DNA from: Macrostomum lignano
Taxonomy: Eukaryota
Reading direction: 5' to 3'
DNA: 64,000 nucleotides
Assembly: GCA_002269645.1 (NCBI GenBank)
Contig: NIVC01003351.1
Coordinates: 38,900 to 102,899 of the forward strand
Positions 32,017 through 44,600 of this stretch are shown here, piece by piece. A program made the position numbers and the translations under genes. Every line of letters begins with the position of its first letter. Positions within the stretch are counted from its first letter, which is position 1. The notes beneath the pieces were generated by a model that saw only the letters and a program-made list of their open reading frames with translations, was not told where the DNA came from and did no database searches.

Positions 32017-33415
32017 TATCTACTCTACAATTCTACCGGCGTATATCTACTCTACAGTTCTACTGGACAATATATACTCTACAGTTCTACCGGACAATAT
32101 CTACTCTACAGTTCTACTGGACAATATATACTCTACAGTTCTACCGGACAATATCTACTCTACAGTTCTACCGGACAATATCTACTCTACAGTTCTACCG
32201 GACAATATATACTCTACAGTTCTACCGGACAATATCTACTCTACAGTTCTACCGGACAATATATACTCTACAGTTCTACCGGACAATATCTACTCTACAG
32301 TTCTACCGGACAATATCTACTCTACAGTTCTACTGGACAATATATACTCTACAGTTCTACTGGACAATATATACTCTACAGTTCTACTGGACAATATCTA
32401 CTCTACAGTTCTACCGGACAATATCTACTCTACAGTTCTACCGGACAATATCTACTCTACAGTTCTACCGGACAATATCTACTCTACAGTTCTACTGGAC
32501 AATATATACTCTACAGTTCTACCGGACAATATCTACTCTACAGTTCTACCGGACAATATCTACTCTACAGTTCTACCGGACAATATCTACTCTACAGTTC
32601 TACCGGACAATATCTACTCTACAGTTCTACCGGACAATATCTACTCTACAGTTCTACCGGACAATATCTACTCTACAGTTCTACCGGACAATATATACTC
32701 TACAGTTCTACTGGACAATATCTACTCTACAGTTCTACCGGACAATATCTACTCTACAGTTCTACCGGACAATATCTACTCTACAGTTCTACTGGACAAT
32801 ATATACTCTACAGTTCTACCGGACAATATCTACTCTACAGTTCTACCGGACAATATCTACTCTACAGTTCTACCGGACAATATCTACTCTACAGTTCTAC
32901 CGGACAATATCTACTCTACAGTTCTACCGGACAATATCTACTCTACAGTTCTACCGGGCAATATATACTCTACAGTTCTACCGGACAATATCTACTCTAC
33001 AGTTCTACCGGACAATATCTACTCTACAGTTCTACCGGACAATATCTACTCTACAGTTCTACCGGACAATATCTACTCTACAGTTCTACCGGACAATATC
33101 TACTCTACAGTTCTACCGGACAATATCTACTCTACAGTTCTACTGGACAATATCTACTCTACAGTTCTACTGGACAATATCTACTCTACAGTTCTACCGG
33201 ACAATATCTACTCTACAGTTCTACCGGACAATATCTACTCTACAGTTCTACCGGACAATATCTACTCTACAGTTCTACCGGACAATATCTACTCTACAGT
33301 TCTACCGGACAATATATACTCTACAGTTCTACCGGACAATATCTACTCTACAGTTCTACTGGACAATATCTACTCTACAGTTCTACCGGGCAATATATAC
33401 TCTACAGTTCTACCA
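32017..33415. repeat. 27-bp TCTACTCTACAGTTCTACCGGACAATA minisatellite
   Basis: Direct inspection. Confidence 0.97.
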
Positions 33416-33894
33416 GCCATGGTAAGGATAATGATACTTGATAAAGATAATAAAAGCAAAAATATGAAATTCAAGCACACCTGCACACCTATGAGTCACG
33501 GAGACTCTAAGCAACTTCAAGTAGCTTGTAAAGTTTTGTTATTTAACACAATGTGCTTCATCGCAAGCATTAAAAGATCAACGCGTTCTTTCTTGCAATC
33601 ATAATTAAAGATGGTACATAACGAGCGACAAATGTTGAAACGAACAAGAAAATTGGAAGTGCAAACATTAGCAGAGCTATTTAATTGCGAAGTACACTAA
33701 CATAATTAAGATTTAGTGCAAAACCAATATCAGGGCGAACTAATTTTCGCTCATAGACCACTGAGAAACCTCAGATTTTTTATCTCAATTTCAAGTTGCA
33801 CAGCTTTGAAGTTTCTGGAGTACAAGGCAACATACACAAGTCCATTAACAAAATCAAGCTTCAGTCGAGTTCACATAAAAAATGATTAGTAGAA

Positions 33895-34926
33895 TCACTG
33901 GAACACCTGGTCAGTAGGATCATCAATATAAGCCGGCAGATCCGAATGCAGCCGCTGTCTCATCTTGGCCTGCAGCTTGCTAACATACTTAGAACTGTTG
34001 TTAGCCCGCAGTCGAGGCGGCGGCACATAAGCCGGATTGTCGAACAGGCAAGGACCAGTGAAGCTACCGGACCAGATTCGAATTGGTCGAAGAACGCAAC
34101 GAGGCCCGATCTCGGCCATGTCGCCAGTTTCATTCACGATCTGATAATTTCTAAGCCAGATTCGACCGTCTAGCCAAGCTAATAGCATCACGTGATCAAC
34201 GAATGGTTTGCTACGCGGATGAGACCGCGGCACGTTGAATACCTGGGTGAACAGTTCTTTAACTAGGCGAAGCTGAGCATTCGATTCGAAAGCCGAATCA
34301 AAAGCGACGATGTGTCGGGAGCCTTTCAGACAGTTGCCAGTTAGCTTCAGTTCGCTCATAGTGTGAACATTTTCAACTAGAAACTTCACGCTTGGCCCAG
34401 TGCCAACCCGGCTAATCCACATGTACAGATCCTGCTTCCGCCTGGTTTCCACGTACATCACGTGACTAGCATTGCGCATCTCGGCAATTTCGTTCAACAA
34501 AATTAACTGATCTTTGCCAGCAAACTTGGAATCGGATTTCGCCTGAGGCAGTAGGGCTTGAAAATCTTTCAACAGATGCCGGCCAAGATAGGAGACGCCG
34601 CGTGAAGCTACTGTAAGTAGCCTCTGCCGGTTGGTCCATTCTGATTTTTTAACAGCGTCGCCACCGCTGCGCACTTTTGGAGGCAGCACGCCTGGCTGCT
34701 TGAGCGGATTCTCAATGTGTCGGGTGGCCTGAGACTGTTTAGCTTTTTTTCCCGGCTTCAAGTTCATTGTCTGTTTCTTCTTTGATTTTGCTTGCACCTT
34801 GTCTGGCATAATCTGCTTTGGTGGCAACTTTTTCTCTACAGACACATTAGCACTTGCAGTTTTCTGCTTCTTGGCCACTGGTTGGCCATTGGCAGAAGCT
34901 CCGAGCTGTTGTTTTGATCGCTTCAT
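33895..34926 (-). CDS. BRIX1: Ribosome biogenesis protein BRX1 (Brix domain), intronless, 343 aa
   Basis: Motifs WTNRQRLL..SRG, DLYMW, GPSVKFLVENVHTMSELKLTGNCLKGSR, KPFVDHV, IWLRNYQI and EIGPR are present. Confidence 0.96.
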   Translation of the reverse strand: MKRSKQQLGASANGQPVAKKQKTASANVSVEKKLPPKQIMPDKVQAKSKKKQTMNLKPGKKAKQSQATRHIENPLKQPGVLPPKVRSGGDAVKKSEWTNRQRLLTVASRGVSYLGRHLLKDFQALLPQAKSDSKFAGKDQLILLNEIAEMRNASHVMYVETRRKQDLYMWISRVGTGPSVKFLVENVHTMSELKLTGNCLKGSRHIVAFDSAFESNAQLRLVKELFTQVFNVPRSHPRSKPFVDHVMLLAWLDGRIWLRNYQIVNETGDMAEIGPRCVLRPIRIWSGSFTGPCLFDNPAYVPPPRLRANNSSKYVSKLQAKMRQRLHSDLPAYIDDPTDQVFQ

Positions 34927-35622
34927 GCAGCAAAAAGAAGCCAGTTTAAAGTATATTCCAAGGTCAAATATGAGCTTTTAAATGCCATCAAATTACTAGA
35001 ATTTGAGCACCTTTTCAGGGACAGAAAGAATGCCCATTGTCAATACTTGATTTTGTTAATTTAAAACAAACTAGGTAAGAACACTTATAGTTCATAACTG
35101 ATAAGACTTGCGATGGTACTAAATTAAATAGCTTGTAAAAGTCTTATACATTTTTAAAGACAATACAGAATGTCTTAAACTAAACAAAACTACATATTGC
35201 ACTTTGGGCATATTTATTTTATATATGATATACCAAAACTAATAAGAACTATAATGTAGTGTCATTTTAACCAACTATTAATCAAGTTATTTTGAATATT
35301 ACTAACATTTATTAGAATGGCAAATCACCTTTGCCATTTCTATGAATAAGATCTTAATGAAAAGCTAAAAGTGCTTAATGACCAGGTATTTAAACTTTTG
35401 CTAATCAACTTTGTTTGCAATGCTCTTGCTTATATTTATATTTGTGCCACTTTTAATCAATGCACCATATGGTTGCCCATATATACCCAACACCCATCCA
35501 ACTTATCCAAACTGGATGGGTGAAATAGCTGCTAGCCAAGGTAAGTTGCAAAATTGAAAATGCGAAAAATGAAAAATTGGGAAAGGAAAAAAAGGAGAGG
35601 AAGAGAAAAGGAAAAGAAAGGA

Positions 35623-36293
35623 CCCTATTGGAATAAGTTTCAAAAACCAGCAGATGCGCAACACGGGTGCCAAAATTGTGCCCTCAAAAGCGCGACACGA
35701 CACTAAATTTTGTTGACTGGGGGGCAGTGACACGCGACGCAACACCAATATCTGTTGACCGAATGACCGGGGGGACGGGGGACGCCACAGCAGCCATGTT
35801 GCAATTGACAATTCCCATTCTGCCGTTCACTCCCAACACCGAGACCATGGGGCGAGGGACGAGAGTATTCCTTTTAATTTTGCGGAAAAAGAAAAGAAAT
35901 TTAAAAACAATAAACAGTAACACAACAAAGGTACAACACTTAGAAAAACAGCGCACGCATTGTAACTAACAAGTAACATTTCTAAAAATTATATTTGAAG
36001 TATTAGTTACTTTACTGTCAAAATAAAAAAGAACAATTCAAGAACTAGTTATTATCAAACATGTTTGAAACATTTAAATACCAAGAAACAACCGTGAACA
36101 TATTACAATGAAACACAGTTTGCAAGGTTTTGGCTACAGGTCTAGGCCGCGACGCGACGCATGACGACACCAGGTTTCCAGTGTTGTGCGACGCGACACA
36201 CCACTTGACACCACTGTCGCGCAACGCGACACCAGGAGAATCCGAAAATGCGACGGACGGTCGTCCGCGTTTTGTCAACTTATTCCAATAGGG
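35623..36293. mobile_element. Non-autonomous DNA transposon (MITE), 671 bp
   Basis: Perfect 17-bp TIR CCCTATTGGAATAAGTT; 8-bp TSD AGAAAGGA at 35615-35622 and 36294-36301. Confidence 0.9.
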
Positions 36294-38611
36294 AGAAAGG
36301 AGGGAGAAAAGAGAGAGGAAAAAAGGAGAGAAAGAAAAAGAGAAAAAAAGAGAAAAAGGCAAGAAAAGTCATATACAAAGTTAAAATTAAGTCACAATTA
36401 GGGGAACTAAGTTGCTATCAAGAGGAACTAAGTTGCAAATCTGGACAAAACTAAATTGCATTGGACAGGTAAAATTTTGAGGTTGGGCATGTATGTGGTT
36501 GCCCATTTTATAGGTTAGAAAGTAGGTATATTTTAAACCTTATTTGTATTTCATACTACCATTGCTCTTTCCTAAAGAGATACCTGTTACTTTGAGTTCC
36601 TTGAGAATAATCAAAAAAGGTATAAGACTAAGATGGCTACATACCAAGATGGCCATAATATTGCATGTCTATTATATCCACTCTTCATTTAATATTAATT
36701 AGAAATGTAACATCTATTGTTATATTATTTTTATATAGCATGTTTAATCACTCATATTTATAAATATTAAAACAATAATGGATTTGAAAATAATTACCTC
36801 TTATACAAAAACTTTAATCTTTTTTAGTGTTTATGCCAATTTAGGCTTATTCTTTATCATTATATCCATCTGATCTATCGCTATTATTAGTTTATCAAGA
36901 AACCATTGCTAGTAGTAATGCTATATAAAAATGAGATTAACATGCAACAAGGTTTTTATTTTGTACTAGGCTATATATTTGTTGCATTTAGTAGTAGATA
37001 AATATCCATAGGTCAGGTTATAATAAAAGCTGAAGCCAAAAGGAATTATTATTATAATAGAGATTATTGTAGTATCTATCTCCTTAGACCTAAGATTTGA
37101 AGATCTATACCTAATATAAATTATTAGACCCTATCAATAAGAAATAAGTGAAATATAAAGACCTAGGCTAGGATTATCATTATTGATTTAGACATTTAAA
37201 GCTATGGCCATCTTGGTGTATGGCCATCTTGGTCATGTGCCATCAAAATAACATATAGCAAAACATAAAATATGCTGACAGTGACTAAACAATTGTCCCC
37301 CAATCGATTTCTAAAATAACTTAACACATATCAAAGCATAAACAATAACATACATTGTTCATATGCTCTACTATGTGTTCAGCTGTTTTAGAATTTAAAA
37401 GCAACTATGAGAAAAATATAGAATGAGAAGTTTGACACAGATTGCTTTTTCCACTTTTTTTCTATATGTTAGGTCTATAGGCCCTAGTTCAAAAGTTACA
37501 AGTGCTTAAAGTTCAAAAACATGATGGGACCCAATTGTAGAACGACCCGAAGGCATAACTATAAGAATACATTATTTTTTATTAAAAATATTATGCCTAG
37601 CTTGACTCATTGACTAGCCTAGGTTTAGGCTAAGGGCCTAGGGTGTAGGTCTCATAGGCCTATCAGGTCTTGGTCAGGGCAAAGGCTAGACTTAGAGTTC
37701 TAGTTCTGGCATTGGAACCCATTTTTTAATGGCTTTGGATCTAGCAATGGTATTCCTGTAGTGCAGTTTATGGGTATAATATAGCAGAAACATTTTAATT
37801 TTTTGACAGGTGGTTTATATTGAGATTTTGTTCAAAATAGGGCCTGAGATCAAAACAAAATGATGAGATTCAAAAGAAGATACTTCTAATGTTCAAAGAT
37901 GTCATTAGTATTAGTAGATAACTGCCTGCAGAAGACTGCCCGATCCATAGCTATTAGAAAATGGGTTGCAGTGCTGGAACTCTAGCCATTGCTCTTGGTC
38001 AGTGGGTTAGGGCACCATTAGGCCACAAGCCACATATTGTATTGTAGTGTAGGTCTAAATAAAAAAAGTATATAATTATAGCATTGTACACCACACCAGT
38101 TGCGTAATTTTTGCCCATGTGACCTATACTATAGTCAGTAACTTCAGTGTTTTTTACCTTCAAGTTACAGTTTAGATCAACATCCATAAATGAAAATGGG
38201 CGAGAGTGGAGTGATCTATCCAGAGTGTCGCGTTGGAGTTGGCGCGCGAGGATTTGAGTTAAAAAACAGTAATTTTTAAAAAAGAATTTGGATCCAAATT
38301 AAAGCAGATAAAAAACATTTCCTTTAATTTTTTTGAAAATTCTTTAACTTTCATTGCTTTTTAGCATTTGCTTTTTTATACAATTTTGTTATTTTTAAAG
38401 AATTAAAACTAGTTTTTAAAACTAGTCAACGAAAAAATATTGTATTGCATGACGACGAGTGTATAGTATAGTGTTGTTCGGTAGCCGCTAGAGAGCTAGT
38501 TGAGTTTAGAGCCTTAGAAAGAAATCGTTGTAAATTTGCAGGCTAAAATTACAGTGAATTTTTTTCTGATCAAGTCCTTAAAAATTAAAGTAGTTAATAA
38601 TTTGTATTGTC

Positions 38612-41600
38612 ATGGCTGATGTTCTTTCAATAATTCGAGACTACACTATAAAAAATAAAGAAATAGTAGAAAAAGATGATGAAGTTATCTTTGGAGACTT
38701 TGCCTATCCTAAGAGTACAAAGACTAATTACATTATATGGGGGTAAGTAAATTTAGTATGGTTGTATTTAAATTCAGTATATTAGATGGTAGTATGTAAT
38801 CTTTATTCCCATTTAAGTTGAGTATAACCATAAGTAGGGACTCCAGCCCAGTGAGATTTTGATAGTTATTTTATTAGTACTTTTTAACTGTATTTGATAA
38901 AATTTATTTGCCTGCTTTTGAAATTTGTCAAGTAAAAAAAGTTATAAATCTTTTTACAATAATTGTATTTGTATGTTACCATTTTCATTGATAATGTTTT
39001 CAATGATTTTGAAAAGTAGACCTATTTATATTTTGGCAATTTTGCCTAGTAGTATTATTACTATTAAGTAGGTTACTATTACTACTATTTTGGGTTAATA
39101 AGTAGTATTGTATAAACAAGCAATTGTTATTTATTATTATGATAACTATTTAAACAATATATATATGCAATCCTGATTTATACTGACTATTTCTATATGA
39201 CTTACTTTTTGAGTTTGACCAAAAATGTCATTTATATATGAAAAAACCCTAAAACAAAATTAATACAATTTTGGATAAATAGCAAAAATTATTAAGGCTT
39301 ATTATAATACCTATGGCGAAATCCAAAAACATGGGATAAAATGGTAAAACAAATCTGCGGACATTTGATGGAAAGTAATGTATCTAAAAAAGGTTTTTGA
39401 AAGATAGATAGGTCTTTAGAAAATAGTTCTGGATAAAAACTATTGTTTTCATGCTTTATATTGTTGAATAAATAAGAAAAAACCACAAAAAATCATTTTG
39501 AAAGTCCAAGTTGACCGATTTGCAATTTTTTGTTTTACGTTTTTTCATTATTAAACAATTAATTTTAAGACTTGTAGGCCTTAGAGCCCTATTGCAGCCA
39601 ATGGCCATTTTCGTGGACGGCGTCTGGCGCGGATTGGCCTGGCGGCGGCGCGGCGCATGGCGGCGGCGCGCGGTGGCGTGGCGTATGGCGGCGGTGTGGC
39701 AGGTGCTTCGGCGACTGGTGGCAACAAAGGGCCGGGTCAACGTCGATTGATGCGAGCCATTGACTGATTAATTGAACCAAATCACTGATCCTGGGGACTG
39801 GCCCTGGCGCGGGAAAGGGGGGCGTCCGGCGCGGTTCAGACCTTGGCTGCAATAGGGCCTTAGAGAAGGCTAATTTTTTACTACTTACAAAACAGAAAGT
39901 AATCTGTGTTTTACTTTTTATTCAATTCAAAAAGATGAAGTATTTCTACGGATTTCAAAGTTTTTCTAAAACCATATAAACTCGCAAAAATTCATACTAA
40001 TATAAAGTGCAAAGTTTGCCAGCAAACATCTTTCTCTAAAAGTAAATATATCACTAATTCCTTGTTGCAAAATAATATTTAAGTTGTTTTCTTTCATTTG
40101 AATATTAACTTGCATAGTATTAGTATTTGTAATATGCCTATATTTAGACTTAAAAATTTTGGATAAAAAATGGTACCACAAAATGTGAACCCGACATCCA
40201 AATCAGATGCTTACTGTATGCTCATTAAGTGACGAAGAACAATGAAATTACACTAAAACATGTATCATTGCGGTGTATATGCAGGAAAAAAAGAATTTTC
40301 CAAATCGCTTTAGTAGAAGCTGAGTAAAATGCAATTTTCCAATCCTTATAGGAATTCCAATGTGTTACCTGGCTTCCAAATTAGATGCTTACTATATGCT
40401 CATTAAGCGACAAAGAACAACGAAATTATACTAAAACATGTATCATTGCGATGTATATGCAGGAAAAAAAGAATTTTACAAATCGCTTTAGTAAAAGCTG
40501 AGTAAAATGCAATTTTCCAATCCTTATGGGAATTCCAATGTGTTACCCGGCTTCCAAATCGGATGCTTACTGTATGCTCATTAAGCGACGAAGAACAATG
40601 AAATTACACTAAAACATGTATCATCGCGGCGTGTATGCAGGAAAAAAAGAATTTTCCAAATCACTTTAGTAGAAGCTAAGTAAAATGCAATTTTCCGATC
40701 CTTTCGGGAATTCCAATGTGTTACCCAGCTTCCAAATCAGATGTTTACTGTATGCTCATTAAGCGACGAAGAACAATGAAATTACACTAAAACATGTATC
40801 ATTGCAGCGTGTATGCAGGAAAAAAAGAATTTTCCAAATCGCTTTAGTAGAAGCTGAGTAAAATGCAATTTTCCGATCCTTACGGGAATTCCAATGTGTT
40901 ACCCGGCTTCCAAATCAGATACTTACTGTATGCTCATTAAGCGACGAAGAACAATGAAATTACACTAAAACATGTATTGTCGCGGCGTGTATGCAGGAAA
41001 AAAAGAATTTTCCAAATCGCTTTAGTAGAAGCTGAGTAAAATGCAATTTTCCGATCCTTACGGGAATTTGTATGTTTAAATAATAAACTTACGTTGAACA
41101 CAATTTATTGCAAACAAACTCTACAAAATACACGTTGTCAAGAGTAACGAAAGTGATAAACAAATAAACCCTTGAAAATAATGTTAAATATGTTGTAGAA
41201 TTATAGAGTGTAACATTATAAAATAGTTAAAGTTATTAAAATACATTATTATAGCTTTTCTATCATTTTTATTAGACTCATTTTAGGTCGTAATTAAACT
41301 TACTATTTTAACAAATCATTTTATTAAAAATAAAGCTATACAAAAATAATTTGTGCTTTAATAGACTTTTTTACCTTTTAAAAACTTGAATAAATTTATT
41401 TTATAGCTTTATTGCTTTCAAATTGCCAAATAACGAATTTTCATAAAACTTGCCCCCAATTTTTGGATTTCACCCTATATATTTACATTCCTAAGAACCT
41501 AAGAGCCAATTTATGTCTAATTACACTTAAACAATTTTTACCAAAATGTTTTTGCAACTTTTAGTTCAATGCCTTAAATGTCCTAACATTTAGTAACTTT

Positions 41601-44600
41601 ACTTGATATATAACTTTCTTGTAAGGATGTTATTGCAAAATTAATGTTAGATTGATTGACATAATTTGTTTTTAAATATAGGCAAAACATTTTAGTAATT
41701 TTAAGTATCTAAAGCTTTATTTTAAAATTGGGACACACATTAATATATGTAACTAATATTTAGGACTTAGAGACAAAAGAAACAACAAAGTGCAGCAACA
41801 AAAATATCGAATGCATTATTTAAGCTTTTTTTAATTTTAGTCCAGATGCACTTCAAGCACAATTTTGCTTAATATAAATATCAACTAGGAGTGCTCGCAA
41901 TGTCAATTAAAAACAAGGGATATATTATGTATTGTTGTTGCCAAGATAGGCATAGAAATAGAAAAAGGCAAATAACTTATTTTTTGTTTATCATATCTTT
42001 AATTGAACTATAAAAATGAAAACTTTTAGATAAAAAAAGCTCTTAGATGCATGTAAAGATAGCTAAAATATAGTCTGCATTGAAAATCTTTGTTAAACAG
42101 AACACTCATTTATTTGAATCATTTGTCTGAATATCTATTGGAAATCACTATATCAAAAATGAATTCAAAAGACATAAAATGTAGCATTTTGTTTTTTAAT
42201 ATGCTTTCATATTTTAAAAGTTTTATTTCTTTTATGTTTTTAATTTGTTTAGGTTTCTTGATTTTTTCATATTCAAAAGTACATTCAAAATACTTGGAAA
42301 TATTTCTAAAAAAAGTAAGACATTTTTTGGATTTAGATCATACATGCGCAACCTCCAAAATTCAGTCGGCCATGCGACTTAGTTTTAACAAAAATGCGAC
42401 GTAGTTTTTGGCCAAAAATGCGACTTACATGTAATTAAAAAAACCATACTTGACAGTAAAAATAAACATAATAAAAGTAATAGCTTTTCACTGCCAGACT
42501 TTTGACAGAGAGTCAAATTTTGGCAGTCTAAAGTCAGTAACCCAGTATGTCTATAAGCAATAATCCTTACCTTTTTTATTTACATTGATTCCTATATCCC
42601 ATTTGCTATTTCTATCTATTTTCTAGGGTCTTAGTCTATATACCTATGTATCTAAGATCTATATATCCCATTTCTTTTATATTTATCTAGAATCCTATTG
42701 GTTTAGATTTTGTGCCTTATCCCACTATTCTAAGTCAGGATTTCAACTTCAAACTAGTTTATCATTTAATATATAATTTAGTATACATTGTGTTAGTATA
42801 TATCAATAAAGCCATAGTAGAGCTGATATTAATATATTCTGGTTTAAGTATAGACATTTCAGGTTTTATAATTTAAGTAATCAAGTTTCATGTCTCTGCC
42901 TTTCTAAGCTTTCAATTATATTGCTACCAATGAGAAAAATCAAAACTAGATTTTCATTTTCATTTTTAAAAGGTTCTGTTAAAAATAATCTTTTAATATT
43001 AATTAAAAAATCAGTTTTAAACTGTCTCTATTTTGTCTATTGGCATTGTGTCTGTTTATTTTGAGAATAAAATTGTTTATTTCACTTAGGGTTTACATCT
43101 CTCTTTTGCAATTTTAAAAGCAACTATCTAAAATTTATATAAAAATAATTGATAATAAAAAAACTTGACAAAGGCATGAGCATTTGCTTGAGTTAGTCAG
43201 TGAGTAAGTCACTTATTCCAGACGGTCAAACAAAAGTAATTAGCCCATTGCCTTGGCAATAAATAATTGGCTAAATTGTAATAGAAGCACATGTCAGACT
43301 TTGCATATTTTTGGTGAGAGAGAGGTAGGTAGAGAGAGAGAGAAGAGAAGAGAGGTCATTGCATTTTATAAATTTAGTATATATACCACCAGTTTCAAGC
43401 CTTTGGGCTCTTTGTCAGGCCAAAAATTAGTGTGTAATGCAATGCAAGTTAGTCTCTCAAGTATTCTTTTTCTCAGTATGATAAAATGGATGAGCAGCTG
43501 TACATATGTGGGATGTACATTTAAAACACTGTTCAGTCTGGCTCTACCTTGTCCCAGAGGTTTTCAACCAGTCAGTTTAAGTGAATTTTATTTGTTAGAG
43601 AGGAGAGAGAGAGAGAGAGAGAAAAGGAGCTATTACATTTGTCTTATGTATACACCAATTCATAAACATAGGTCATGGTTTTGGCAACTTTTTTATATAC
43701 AATAAAAAAAGTCGAATTTATATTAATTGAACAAAATGCTGCACCATCTCCACACCCAACTGACCAGTACCAACCGGCCAGACAGCAGCAAGGACTACTA
43801 CACTCTAGAGTGCATTCTCTACCTGCTCCGCAATGTCCGGCACAACCATGCCCAGTATGTGCGCACAGCCGCAGCCGCCGGTGTGCCAGTTGTTCGTCTG
43901 CCCGACCGCCGAGACCTGCTCAACTATCTCACTGGCAAGTCGGCCACTTCGGACAAGATTGATCGATCAGCTCCGCTGGACATGTCGGCGCAGAGGCCGG
44001 TGGCTGCAGCGGCAGCAGCTGGTGCGTCTAGTATGGAACCGTCTGTTCCCTCTGCTGCCGCCACCGTCTCCACTGATGCCTCTGCCGCTCTGTCAACAGT
44101 GGATCTTGACGCCGTCAGATCTGCAGACGCTGCCGATGTCTCGTCGTCGGCCGTCTCCGCCGATCACAGCGACTCGCATTCGTTGGCTAAACGGGCCAGA
44201 ATCGATTTAGATTCGAGTGGTGCCAATGATGCTACTAATAGTAGTAGCGAAATTGTTGCGCAATCGTCTACTGCGGCTGCAACTGATGCTTCCGGACTGC
44301 AGGCTGGCTCAGCTGCCCCGGCTCAGACGGCGGTTAGCGAAGCTGATCAGCTGGCAGCTGTGCAGCGGTCGATGAAGGAGCGAGAGAGATTAGCGGCTAA
44401 ACTGGTTGACGAGACTGGCGCTGCTAGGCCTGCAGTGCTGCCGGAGAGATTCGAAGGATCAACGCTTAGTCAGGTATAAATATGTTATTGTTGCCCTCAT
44501 TATCTAATTATCTTTTTTGCCGTCATTTTCTAATCATCAGTAATTTCCCTCATTATCTAATCATTATTAATCGCCCTTCATATCTAATTATCATGAATTG

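Noticed and set aside
31935-33425. 496-aa (TISTLQFYR)n ORF
   Set aside because: Translation of a 27-bp minisatellite with no unique coding context.
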